64,000 nt of DNA from Candidatus Binataceae bacterium. Its GTDB lineage: Bacteria; Desulfobacterota; Binatia; Binatales; Binataceae. Below the pieces are notes generated by a model. The model saw only the letters and a program-made list of their open reading frames with translations. It searched no databases and was not told where the DNA came from. Where the stretch lies: contig CAVRNO010000003.1 in assembly GCA_963722605.1 (NCBI GenBank), positions 632,700 through 696,699 on the forward strand, given 5' to 3'. Every line of letters begins with the position of its first letter. The stretch's first letter is position 1. Shown in pieces: positions 37,957 to 47,764 of the stretch. The position numbers and the translations under genes were made by a program.

Positions 37957-38784
37957 ATGCTGCTCAAGAACAAGGTTGCGTTGATCACGGGCGCGGGTTC
38001 GGGAATCGGCCGCACCAGCGCGATTCGGTTTGCGCAAGAAGGGGCGAAGGTGATGGTCGCCGACATACGCGCGGAGTCGGCCAGCAATACCGTGGCTGAG
38101 ATCAAGAAGGCCGGCGGCGTCGCGACGTCAGTGCCGGTGGACGTGCGCGTCGGCGCCGAAGTCGAGCGGATGATCAATGAAACGGTAAGCGTCTTCGGAC
38201 GGCTGGACATCCTGTTCAACAATGCCGGCGTCTTCGTTCCCAAAAACGTGGTGGATACGAGCGAGGAAGAATGGGATTGGGTCGTGGACGTGTGCTTGAA
38301 GGGCGTATTCTTCGGCTGCAAGTATGCGATCCCGCAAATGATCAAGCAGGGCGGCGGCGTGATCCTCAACACCGCCAGCGGCGCGGGAATCAAGGGCATG
38401 CAAAACTTTGGCGCCTACCAGGCGGCGAAGGGCGGCGTCGTAATCATGTCGAAAGGAATCGCGCTCGACTTCGCGCGCGACAAGATTCGATGCGTGTCGA
38501 TTTGCCCGGGTTTGATCGAGACGCCGATCGCCGAGAATTGCAACATCGCTCCCGCCGGCGGGTCGCAGTTGGGTTGGGAACGCGCCGCAAACATGAATCC
38601 GCTCGGACGCAACGGAAAGCCGGAAGATGTCGCTGCGCTGGCGGCGTTCCTGGCGTCGGATGAGGCGGGGTTCATCACGGGCGTCGCGGTGCCGATTGAC
38701 GGCGGGGTCAGCGCGGGCGCTTTCGCTCCACCGGTGCGCGAGCACGCCGGGCAGCCGCCGGGACCTCGCCCTCGTGCGCGATAG
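37957..38784 (+). CDS. Short-chain dehydrogenase/reductase
   Basis: TGAGSGIG, NNAG, YQAAK. Confidence 0.92.
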   Translation: MLLKNKVALITGAGSGIGRTSAIRFAQEGAKVMVADIRAESASNTVAEIKKAGGVATSVPVDVRVGAEVERMINETVSVFGRLDILFNNAGVFVPKNVVDTSEEEWDWVVDVCLKGVFFGCKYAIPQMIKQGGGVILNTASGAGIKGMQNFGAYQAAKGGVVIMSKGIALDFARDKIRCVSICPGLIETPIAENCNIAPAGGSQLGWERAANMNPLGRNGKPEDVAALAAFLASDEAGFITGVAVPIDGGVSAGAFAPPVREHAGQPPGPRPRAR

Positions 38785-39511
38785 CCGTCAGTGCGTCGGC
38801 GATTGCGGTGGTTGCGCGCGACAGGTTGCGAATCATCCGCGGCAGCTTGAGCATCGTTGCCGGATTGCGCAGCAGGTAGGACGTCGCGGCGAGCGGCCGG
38901 ACGTTGCCGTCCTGGTCGGCCATCCCCGCGCCCACTACTTCCTCGTCAACTTCGTCGAGCACTGCCCGGATCGCGACGAACGGGATCCCGCGCGCCGCGG
39001 CCTCTGCGGCGAGCGCGGCGGTTTCCATGTCCACCGCGATCGCGCCGGTGCTTTCCTTCGCGCGCCGCTTCTCGGCGCCGGTGGCGAGCACGCGATGCGA
39101 TGTGAAAATCGCGCCGGTCGAGTACGCGATCCCCGCGATCGCAAGCGAGCGGCTAATCGCGCGGAGGTGCGCGTCGCTGACGGCCGCCGCTTGTTCGGCA
39201 ACCTGGCCGCCGGCGTGAATCGTCAGACTGCGGTCGCACAGCACGAGATCGCCCGGCTTAAGCCCGCTCGAGAGCGCGCCGGCGACACCGGTCCCGATTA
39301 CCAGCTCGGCGCCGGGCATCAGATCGAACGCGCGGCGCGCGGTATCGCTCGCGCGGCCGGGTCCGATTCCGTGGCCGACGACGGTGAAGTCTTTGCCGCC
39401 GAGCTCCGCGCGGAAGCCATGCAAGCCGCCGAGTGCGAGCGGTGCGTGGCGGCTGAGCCGGCGCTTGAAAGGCGCGATCTCGCGCGCGAAGGCGTAAAAG
39501 AGAAGAATCAA
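38708..39511 (-). CDS. hpnG: Hopanoid-associated nucleosidase/phosphorylase HpnG
   Basis: GVAGAL, GAIAVDMET, AIRAVLD; PNP/MTAN fold in an hpn context. Confidence 0.82.
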   Translation of the reverse strand: MILLFYAFAREIAPFKRRLSRHAPLALGGLHGFRAELGGKDFTVVGHGIGPGRASDTARRAFDLMPGAELVIGTGVAGALSSGLKPGDLVLCDRSLTIHAGGQVAEQAAAVSDAHLRAISRSLAIAGIAYSTGAIFTSHRVLATGAEKRRAKESTGAIAVDMETAALAAEAAARGIPFVAIRAVLDEVDEEVVGAGMADQDGNVRPLAATSYLLRNPATMLKLPRMIRNLSRATTAIADALTAIAHEGEVPAAARRARAPVERKRPR

Positions 39512-39654
39512 TCGCGTGGTCTCATTTTGGACATTACGTGCGCGCGCTTGAGCGAACCATCCGATGCTAGCAAAATTGTGCCGGTGTTTTTCACTCTTTC
39601 AATGGCCCGGCAGAGCCGTTATCCGTCATCCGTGGCGACTCGCGGTGGAGCAGT

Positions 39655-40515
39655 TTGAAGCGCCTGATCGTTAACGCCGACGACTTCGGCTTGTCGCCCG
39701 AGGTCAACGCCGCCGTCGTGCGCGCGAGCCGCGACGGAATTCTGCGCAGCGCGAGCCTGATGGTCGCGGAGCCCGCCGCGCCGGCCGCGGCCCAAATCGC
39801 GCGCGAAAATCCCGCGCTCGACGTCGGCCTGCATGTCGTCGTCTGCCGCGGGCGCAGCATGCTCGATGCGTCGCGGCTCGGCGCCGCGGTGCGCGCGTCG
39901 GGAGAGTTCATCGATAATCCCGTGGCTGCGGGGATGCGGTATTTCTTCGACCGGTCGATGCGCGCCGCGATGACCGGCGAACTGCGCGCGCAAGTCGAGC
40001 GCCATCTCGAGCTCGTCGGCTGCCTCAACCATATCGACGGCCACTTGAATTTCCACGTCCATCCGTTGTTCGCCGATATTTTGATCGACCTCGCCGTCGA
40101 ATATAAGGTGCCATGCATCAGGCTTCCGCGCGAGCGCGTGATGACCACGATTCGGCTGCGCCGGGACCATGCGCCGCGCAAGCTGGCCGAATCGATCATC
40201 TTCCGCACCCTGTCGCGTCGGACCCGCCGAATGATGGCGGAGCGCGGCCTCGTCTCGACTGACGCGCTGTTCGGACTTCATCAGAGCGGCCATCTGAGCG
40301 AGGATTACGTCGTCGGCGTGATCGATCGCATCCGCGACGGCGCCACCGAGTTTTATTTCCATCCGGCCGCCGATATCGGCGGAGTGCCGCCCGCGGTCGA
40401 GGCGCAACTCGAGGTCGAGATTCTCACCAGCCGGCGCGTGCGCGAAGCGATCGATCGAAATGGAATCGAGCTGATCACCTTCGCCGATCTTGCAAAGCGC
40501 AATCCCGCCGCTTGA
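39655..40515 (+). CDS. hpnK: Hopanoid biosynthesis deacetylase HpnK (YdjC/ChbG family)
   Basis: LIVNADDFG, GLH, HIDGHLNFHVHP, FGLHQSG, EFYFHP. Confidence 0.88.
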   Translation: MKRLIVNADDFGLSPEVNAAVVRASRDGILRSASLMVAEPAAPAAAQIARENPALDVGLHVVVCRGRSMLDASRLGAAVRASGEFIDNPVAAGMRYFFDRSMRAAMTGELRAQVERHLELVGCLNHIDGHLNFHVHPLFADILIDLAVEYKVPCIRLPRERVMTTIRLRRDHAPRKLAESIIFRTLSRRTRRMMAERGLVSTDALFGLHQSGHLSEDYVVGVIDRIRDGATEFYFHPAADIGGVPPAVEAQLEVEILTSRRVREAIDRNGIELITFADLAKRNPAA

Positions 40516-40585
40516 TTCAACTTTGCATCCGGCGTTCGCTGTAACTCGTGCCAAAGCATAACTTCCCCGGCGGGAGACCAGCGCC

Positions 40586-41104
40586 ATGGAGCAGCTGAAG
40601 ATTCGGCCTGCGGTGCGCGATGACCTGCCGCGCCTGACGGAAATTTACAACTACTACGTCGTCAACACCCCTATCACCTTCGACTTGGAACCATTGACGG
40701 TGCAGCAGCGCGCGCGATGGTTCGACGAGCATGCCGGCACGAAACGCCGCCGCATGTTCGTCGCGGAAGACGCCGGCCGGGTCGTCGGCTATGCGTGTAC
40801 GGGACCGTTTCGCGACAAGGCAGCGTACGACACCAGCGTCGAGACGTCGATCTACTGCGCTCATGACGCGACCGGGCGCGGAATCGGCGCCATGATGTAT
40901 CGCGTCCTGTTCGACGCGCTGCAGAACGAGGACATCAATCGCCTGTTGGCCGGGATCACGATTCCCAACGACGCGTCGATCAAGCTGCATCGAAGCTTCG
41001 GCTTCACCGAGGTTGGCGTCTTCACCGAATGCGGCCGCAAGCTCGACCGTTACTGGGACGTCCTGTGGATGCAGCGCCCGCTCCGCCTCAGCGCTGTGCC
41101 ATAA
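40586..41104 (+). CDS. GNAT N-acetyltransferase (phosphinothricin acetyltransferase-like)
   Basis: IYNYYV..T.ITFD, ETSIY, GRGIG, NDASIKLH. Confidence 0.9.
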   Translation: MEQLKIRPAVRDDLPRLTEIYNYYVVNTPITFDLEPLTVQQRARWFDEHAGTKRRRMFVAEDAGRVVGYACTGPFRDKAAYDTSVETSIYCAHDATGRGIGAMMYRVLFDALQNEDINRLLAGITIPNDASIKLHRSFGFTEVGVFTECGRKLDRYWDVLWMQRPLRLSAVP

Positions 41105-41141
41105 GAACGATCGCGGTCAAGCTCGGCCCGAGCGGGTCGTT

Positions 41142-42302
41142 TCAGTTCACGACCGAAGCCAGCACCATATCCGAGAGCCGCTGATGACGCTCGAAACTGC
41201 GCGATTCCTCCAGCAGTCCGGAGGTCAGGCACACGAACGTCAAATCCCGTTCCGGATCAACCCAGAACATCGTCGAACCCGCGCCCAGACCGCCGAACGT
41301 CGAAGGCGACGCCGTCGAGCCGAACGGATGCGGGAAGATGCCGGTGCCGCGGATGAAGAAGGTCAACCCGAGGAATGCGGGGTATTCGTCCCACCCGCGC
41401 GCCTCGAACGCATAGCTGAACAGATTATTCGGCATCGTGCCCGTATGGTTCGTCGCGGCCAGCCGGATCGATGCCGGCGACAGCACTCGAACTCCGTCGA
41501 GTTCGCCGCCGCGCCTGAGCATCTCGGCCCATCGCAAGATGTCGCCTGCGGTGGAAACCACGCCGCCCGCCGGAATTTCAGCCTCTGCGGTCAGCAACAA
41601 GTTCATCGCTTCGAGCAATTCGGGCTGGAAGAGTCCAGGAGTTCGATCCCGCACGACTACCGGAACGAACCGCGGCGCGAGATCCTTGCGCCGGCCGAGC
41701 GCGGTTTCCTTCATCGCCAACGGCTCGAAGAATTCCTGCGCCAGAATGTCGCGGAACGATCGGCGCCCGCCGTCGAGCCGGCGCACCACTTCGGCCAGCA
41801 CCGCGTGCGCGGTAATCGCGCTGTAGCTGACGGCGCTGCCGGGAACGGTATCGGGGACCTGCTGGCACGCCGCCGCGACAAAGGCCTCCAGGTTGCCGAA
41901 AAACTCCGGCGGGAGCGCGGGCGTTGCCGACATCCCGGCCGTGTGCGTCAGCATATGCGCAATCGAGATGCGCTGCTTGCCCTTGACTGCGAACTCCGGG
42001 ATCACGTCCGCGACCTTGGTCGTGAGCATCAGTTCGCCCCGTTCCACCCGCGCCAGGACCGCCGCGGCGGTCATCGTCTTGGTGATCGACATGATCGCGA
42101 AAATGTCGTCGGTGCGCGCGGCGCGGCCGCTGGCTCGGTCGGCGAAGCCGACTGCCTCATGCGCAGCAATCACTCCGCCCCGGGCGACGGCGTACACCGC
42201 TCCGTCGTAGCGGTTGCTCGCGACATCATTGCGTATCGCGGCGGCGACCCGTTCCAAGCGTGATGCGTTGATTCCGATATCTGCGGGCTTGCCGATCTTC
42301 AT
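41142..42302 (-). CDS. Serine hydrolase, beta-lactamase/esterase family VIII
   Basis: SITK (SxxK), LTHTAGM, YS, WVDPERDL. Confidence 0.88.
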   Translation of the reverse strand: MKIGKPADIGINASRLERVAAAIRNDVASNRYDGAVYAVARGGVIAAHEAVGFADRASGRAARTDDIFAIMSITKTMTAAAVLARVERGELMLTTKVADVIPEFAVKGKQRISIAHMLTHTAGMSATPALPPEFFGNLEAFVAAACQQVPDTVPGSAVSYSAITAHAVLAEVVRRLDGGRRSFRDILAQEFFEPLAMKETALGRRKDLAPRFVPVVVRDRTPGLFQPELLEAMNLLLTAEAEIPAGGVVSTAGDILRWAEMLRRGGELDGVRVLSPASIRLAATNHTGTMPNNLFSYAFEARGWDEYPAFLGLTFFIRGTGIFPHPFGSTASPSTFGGLGAGSTMFWVDPERDLTFVCLTSGLLEESRSFERHQRLSDMVLASVVN

Positions 42303-42407
42303 TGAATACCTCCTGCTAAGGTCACAACCGAAATTTCAACATATCGCCTAAAGGAGACCTTTGCATAACCGGATGCTGGTGCTGAAGCGACACGCGCTGG
42401 CGCGCGA

Positions 42408-42481
42408 GATCCTTCGCTGCGCTCAGGATGACGGAAAGAAAGCAAGCGGCGCTGGTGTCATTCTGAGCGCAGCGAAGAATC
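42408..42481. repeat. REP-like inverted pair
   Basis: GATCCTTCGCTGCGCTCAGGATGAC ... GTCATTCTGAGCGCAGCGAAGAATC. Confidence 0.8.
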
Positions 42482-42621
42482 CCGAATCTTTCTCGGCGCA
42501 AAACACTTCGACGTCACTGAGGGCGTGCGCAGCCGAGCCGCTCCGAATTCAATATGCAGTTATGCAAAGGCGATTATGCACCCCTTGACTAGCGAGGGAT
42601 GTTTTGCCTATTCTCTGCTTC

Positions 42622-43299
42622 ATGGCAGACGAAAAACCCAAAGACCCTTCAATCAAGACTTTCAGGCAGGCGCTTGCGGAAAACGACGAAAATGTCCGCA
42701 GATTGCTGGGGAAGGTCCCCGATTTCAGCAAGCTGGCGGGCTTCCGCAAGCTCGTGGACGGCTACGCGCAGAGCATCAAATGGGCGCAGGACCTTGCGAA
42801 AGAGCACGACTCAATGAAGACCTGGGCGCAAGAGTTCACGAAACAGAGCGATTCCATGAAGGCGGCGCTGTCTGCGCTCGGTCTTGGGAAGCAAGTGACC
42901 GAGTTGGCGGAATGGGCGGCGTCGCTAAAAGAAGTGATTCGGTTAACCGAGGAAGGAAAACTTGGGGAGTATTCCGACGAGACGCCGCTTCCCGAATTGA
43001 TGGAGCGGATGGGGCGTCTAAAGGAAGCCCAGAAAACCGCCATCGAAACCGGACAAGTGGATTTGATGGTTGCGAACGAGTGGCTAATAAGCCACTGGCC
43101 AGCACATCGACCGTGCCCGCTCTGCGATCACGAGGAATGGCGAATCGGACCATCCGTCGTTCAGGTCCCGACAAGCGCCCTTGGCTCGCAAACACCGCCA
43201 CGAATCAACCCCTGCGTCGCCGTCGTTTGCGGTCACTGCGGCAACACGGTTCTTCTAAACGCGATAATCATCGGCTTGCTTCCAGAGCGGGAGAGCTAA
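42622..43299 (+). CDS. IS passenger 1: helical N-terminus + C-terminal zinc ribbon, hypothetical
   Basis: CPLC...CGHCG pair; amphipathic helical N-terminal region. Confidence 0.75.
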   Translation: MADEKPKDPSIKTFRQALAENDENVRRLLGKVPDFSKLAGFRKLVDGYAQSIKWAQDLAKEHDSMKTWAQEFTKQSDSMKAALSALGLGKQVTELAEWAASLKEVIRLTEEGKLGEYSDETPLPELMERMGRLKEAQKTAIETGQVDLMVANEWLISHWPAHRPCPLCDHEEWRIGPSVVQVPTSALGSQTPPRINPCVAVVCGHCGNTVLLNAIIIGLLPERES

Positions 43300-43303
43300 G
43301 GCA

Positions 43304-43798
43304 ATGCCTGACACCGGCTTCCCTCAACTGGACGAAAAGAACTTTACTCGCGATCTTCTGCAAGGAACTATCGCGCCCCGAACTATGCGTTGGTTTTTAG
43401 TCAACGACGACGAGCTGGAGCAGTTCAAAAAGATGGATGCTGGCAGCAGTCAGAATCTAGCTTTTGGAATGCTCGCCATCGGTATCGCTGCTTCATTCTT
43501 CATCTCTCGATTCACGGTGAGCGGAGACCTGACCGTGGCGCAGTTCTCGCTTTTTTATCTAGCTCCCGCGTTCTTAGGACCTGTCGGAATCTGGATGACC
43601 CGGCGTGGAACTTCAGAATTGAGCGGTGTGTCGGCTGACAGGGCGAAACATATTGAACGGATTCGTTCTCAATCGGGTGTAGTTACCCGTACCGAAGTGT
43701 CCCCGGTCCGCCCATCTGAAGAACTCGTCGTGGTCGTCAAGGAGACAGCGCAACTCCAAGCAGATCGAGAAGACCCAAAATGTATAAGCAGAAAATAA
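43304..43798 (+). CDS. IS passenger 2: two-TM hypothetical protein
   Basis: ATG 4 bp after the passenger 1 stop, with GGGAG RBS; two hydrophobic helices. Confidence 0.7.
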   Translation: MPDTGFPQLDEKNFTRDLLQGTIAPRTMRWFLVNDDELEQFKKMDAGSSQNLAFGMLAIGIAASFFISRFTVSGDLTVAQFSLFYLAPAFLGPVGIWMTRRGTSELSGVSADRAKHIERIRSQSGVVTRTEVSPVRPSEELVVVVKETAQLQADREDPKCISRK

Positions 43799-43999
43799 TT
43801 CATTTCTTCTGCCGTCCGTGCGGCGAGTACCACCTAAAAACGCATCCGCATTACGGGGCGCAGAAACGCAGAGCCGCGAAGCGCCGCGCCGCAAAAGCGG
43901 CTGCTGTCAATCAGGTGTAGCGCCGTGCTCTCGGAAACAAATCCAATTGCGTCGGCTTTCTGGCTGGCGACCGCTGAAGCGCCCGCCAGTCAGGTCGCT

Positions 44000-44929
44000 T
44001 CAGCATCCTGCTATCGCCTTCCCGAAAATATCTTCGGTGCGGCGATTGTTGAATCGGAACGCGAACTCGTTCAGGTAGAGCGGCAGATACTTCTTGCTCA
44101 CTTTGTGATAGGTGCCCACCACGCCGCGCTTGAGCAGGCTCCAGAAATTGTCGATATGCGAAGTGTGGACGTTGCCGCGTACATACTCGCCCGCACTGTG
44201 CCGAACGAATTGATGCGGGAATGTCGGAGCCAAATCTCGATAGCCGTAGGCTTCATCAGTCGCGATCAGATCAACTTTCTCGCTGACCACTTTGCGCACG
44301 AAGCGATCCAGTGTCGGCTTGTCGGCGTTCTCGATCATCTGGCAAACCACGTTCCCCTTGCGGCTGATCGCACCGATGACCGGAACCTTATCGACTGTAC
44401 CTTTAGCGTTCGGGCGCTTTTGGCTCCGATGCTTGTTCTTGAATTTGCCGCCCATGTAGGTTTCGTCCACTTCGACGATGCCCATAAGCTGGCGGAACTC
44501 CGGATCGGCGAGCCCGGCGCGGAGCCGATGGCACATAAACCACGCTGTCCGGTAAGAGCCGGTTCCGATCATCCGGTGGATTTGAAGCGCGCTAATCCCT
44601 TTCTTGCTGGTCAGCATCAGATAGAGAACCTTGAACCAGACCAACAGCTTGTAATTAGTGTTCTCGAAAATCGTATTGACCGTAACCGAGAATCGGTACG
44701 GGGCGCGCGGGGTCTTCCCGCACTTGGTGCACTGCCAATGGAAGGGCCGCGCCTTGCTCGCGTAAACGTGCTCGTTTCCGCAACGCGGGCAGCGGATGCC
44801 TTTGGGCCAACGCTGGTCGCGGAGATACGCCTTGCAGGAATCTTCATCGGGGAACATTCGGTCAAATCCCGAAAGGGTCAACTGCTTAACGAGCTTCGGT
44901 TCATGTTCGGCGTCATTGTTCTTACGCAT
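44000..44929 (-). CDS. IS1595-family (ISXO2-like) DDE transposase
   Basis: Zinc ribbon CPRC...CTKC, VEVDETY, ATDE, HTSHIDNFWSLLKR, YLNEFAFRFN. Confidence 0.95.
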   Translation of the reverse strand: MRKNNDAEHEPKLVKQLTLSGFDRMFPDEDSCKAYLRDQRWPKGIRCPRCGNEHVYASKARPFHWQCTKCGKTPRAPYRFSVTVNTIFENTNYKLLVWFKVLYLMLTSKKGISALQIHRMIGTGSYRTAWFMCHRLRAGLADPEFRQLMGIVEVDETYMGGKFKNKHRSQKRPNAKGTVDKVPVIGAISRKGNVVCQMIENADKPTLDRFVRKVVSEKVDLIATDEAYGYRDLAPTFPHQFVRHSAGEYVRGNVHTSHIDNFWSLLKRGVVGTYHKVSKKYLPLYLNEFAFRFNNRRTEDIFGKAIAGC

Positions 44930-45166
44930 GAACCAAATATAGCGCACCCCTCGATGATAGTCAAGGGGTGCATAATCGCCTATGCAAAGCTCTCCTGAAG
45001 GCAAACTTAAGCCAGCGCCCGCGACCCGCCGCCGCATCGATTGCTCGCGCCCCGGCGCGGTTTGAATTAGGCTACGGGTCTGCGGGGCGCGCCCCCCGCG
45101 CGATTTTTTCCACGCTCGATTACATACAGTGAAAAAGTGAAAAAGTGAAAAAGGAAGAGGGACCAG

Positions 45167-47737
45167 ATGCGCGATCACGATGGTGCTCCACTCGCTGATG
45201 CTTCGGATGATTATCGCCTGCCGAAAAACGTCACGCCCAGGCGCTACGAAATTCACCTGACGCCCGATCTCAAGGCGTTCACCTTTCAGGGCGATGTAAG
45301 CATCGCGGTCGTCGTCAACGATCCGACCGACGACGTCGTGCTGAACGCGCTCGAGCTGGAAATCGACCGGGTGAGCGCCGAGCGCGGCGGAGAATCTCTC
45401 GCCGCAAAGGCTGAGCTGGAGCCGGCCAAGGAACGCGCGCATCTCCGATTCGCCCGCAAACTTTCGCCCGGCGAATGGACGCTGAAGATCGCGTTCCGCG
45501 GAACCCTGAACGACAAGCTGCACGGCTTTTATCGCAGCCAGTACCAGGACGCCTCGGGCAACTTCCCACGTCGCCGCGACCACGCAGTTCGAATCCACCG
45601 ACGCGCGCCGCGCTTTCCCGTGCTGGGACGAGCCGGAGCTCAAGGCGAGCTACAAAGTCACCCTGGTCATCGACGAGCACCTGACTGCCATTTCCAACGG
45701 CGGGCAGGTGAGCGAGCGCAAGCTCGGGGGCGCAAAGAAGGAGGTCGTCTTCAAGGAGACGATTTCGATGTCCACCTACCTGGTCGCGTTCATCGTCGGC
45801 GAGTTCGACGCGACCCCGCCGGTGGATGCGGGCACGCCGCTCAGGATCGTTCACGTCCCCGGCAAGCAGCCCCTGACCACATGGGCGCAGCAGATCGGCG
45901 CGTTCTCGCTCAAATATTTCGCCGAGTACTATGGGCTCAAGTATCCCGGCGACAAGCTCGACCTGATCGCGATCCCCGATTTTGCCTCGGGTGCGATGGA
46001 AAATCTGGGCGCGATTACCTTTCGCGAGACCGCGCTGCTCGCCGACGAGAAATCCGCGTCGCGCGCCGAGCTCGAGCGCGTCGCCGACGTGGTCTCGCAC
46101 GAAAACGCGCACATGTGGTTCGGCGATCTGGTCACCATGCGATGGTGGAACGGCATCTGGCTCAACGAGGCGTTCGCCACCTTCATGGAGATGCTGGCGG
46201 TCAACGCGTGGAAGCCGGATTGGAAGCGATGGGAGAGTTTCAGCGTCTCGCGCGCGGCCGCGATGGCGACCGACGGGCTGCGCAGCACGCGCTCGATTGA
46301 ATACACCGTGCGCAGTCCCGAGGACTGCCGCGCGATGTTCGACATCCTGACCTATGAGAAGGGCGCCTCGGTGCTGCGGATGCTCGAGCAGTATCTGGGC
46401 GCCGACGGTGTTTCGCGACGGAATTCGCCTCTACCTGAGCAAGCATCAGTTCAGCAACACCGAGACCGGCGACCTGTGGGACGCGCTCGAGGCGGCGTCG
46501 CGCCTGCCCGTGCGCAAAATGATGGACTCGTGGATCTTCCAGCCCGGCTTTCCGATCATCGAGGCCGAGCCCGCCGCCAACGGCCGCGGACTCAAGCTCT
46601 CGCAGCGCCGCTTCTTCTATCTCGCCGAGGACAACCATCAGCTCTGGCATGTGCCCGTGATGGTTCGCGCGAAGACCGACAAAGGCGTCTCGACCCACAA
46701 GCTGCTCCTCACCACCGCCGACGCGACTCTCGATATTCCGGGCAAGCTCGAATGGGCGTTGTTGAACGAGGGCGGCCACGGCTTCTATCGCGTCCACTAC
46801 GCGCCGGCGCTGCTCGCCGCGATTACGAGCAATCTCGGCGCGCTGGCAGCCGATCGAACGCTTCGGGCTGGTCAGCGATACCTGGGCGGCGACCGTCGCC
46901 GGACTTGGCCCGCTCAGCGAGTTCCTCAAGATGGCGCGGCTGTTCACCGCCGAGACCGACATCAACGTGTGGCGCGCGTTGATCGGTGCGTTCTCTTACC
47001 TCGACATGATCGCGTCCGACGCCGACCGGCCCGCGCTGGCCGCCACGGTGCGCGAGATCGTCGGTCCCGCCGCCGCGCGGCTGGGATGGGAGCCAAAGTC
47101 CGGCGAGAGCGAGCTCGTGCGCCAGTTACGCGGCACGCTCACCGGCGCGCTCGGCACGCTCGGCGACGATCCCGGGGTTCAGCAGCGCGCGCGCGAGCTG
47201 TACGCGCGCTTCGAGGATAATCCCGAGTCCGCCGATCGCGACCTGATGCCCGCGCTGGTGAGCATCCTCGCGCACTGCGGCGACGCCGCGCGTTACGAGG
47301 AGTTCAAGCGAAAGTTCAAAGCGCCGCGCACGCCGCAGGAGGAGCAGCGCTTCCTGTTTGCGCTGGCGAATTTCCGCGATCGCGACCTGCTGAAAAAAAC
47401 CATGGAGATGACGCTGGACGGGCAGGTTCGAACCCAGAATTCGCCGTACCTGATGCATTCGCTGCTGCTCAACCCCGCCTGCCGCTACGAGGCGTGGGAC
47501 TTTGCCCGCGCGCATTGGGACGAGATGATTCAGAAGTATCCCGACAACGCGCTGCCGCGGATGTGCGAGGCCGTGGTCGCGCTCCTGGATCGCGAAGACG
47601 AGGTCAAGAAGTTCTTCGCCGAGCATCGCATGCGGCTCGGCGGCAAGATTATCGATCAGCACCTCGAACGGCTAAGCGTCGCGGTCGGATTCCGCCGCCG
47701 CGAAGGCGCAAACTTGCCCGCGACCCTCAAGGGTTGA
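45167..47737 (+). CDS. M1-family aminopeptidase (PepN/puromycin-sensitive type, ERAP1-like C-terminus), three frameshifts (~45568, ~46410, ~46850)
   Basis: YRLP, TQFE.TDARRAFPCWDEP, GAMEN, HENAHMWFGDLVTMRWWNGIWLNE, YEKGASVLRM spread over four ORFs. Confidence 0.92.
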
Positions 47738-47764
47738 GCGGCACGCTCCGCCGCGCGCGATCGC

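Larger units (their letters stand above)
42569..44980 (-). mobile_element. IS1595-family transporter IS (2412 bp) with two passenger genes
   Basis: Perfect 23-bp IR GGCGATTATGCACCCCTTGACTA (42569-42591 / 44958-44980); 8-bp TSD TATGCAAA (42561-42568 / 44981-44988). Confidence 0.95.

Noticed and set aside
41142-42302. Beta-lactam resistance gene
   Set aside because: No signal peptide; motifs fit cytoplasmic family VIII esterases.
43925-44998. 357-aa plus-strand ORF
   Set aside because: Antisense shadow of the IS1595 transposase; it crosses the IR and has no recognisable motifs.
44930-45643. N-terminal extension of the 547-aa ORF 44000-45643
   Set aside because: It runs through the IS end and antisense to the peptidase; the real transposase start is ATG 44929.
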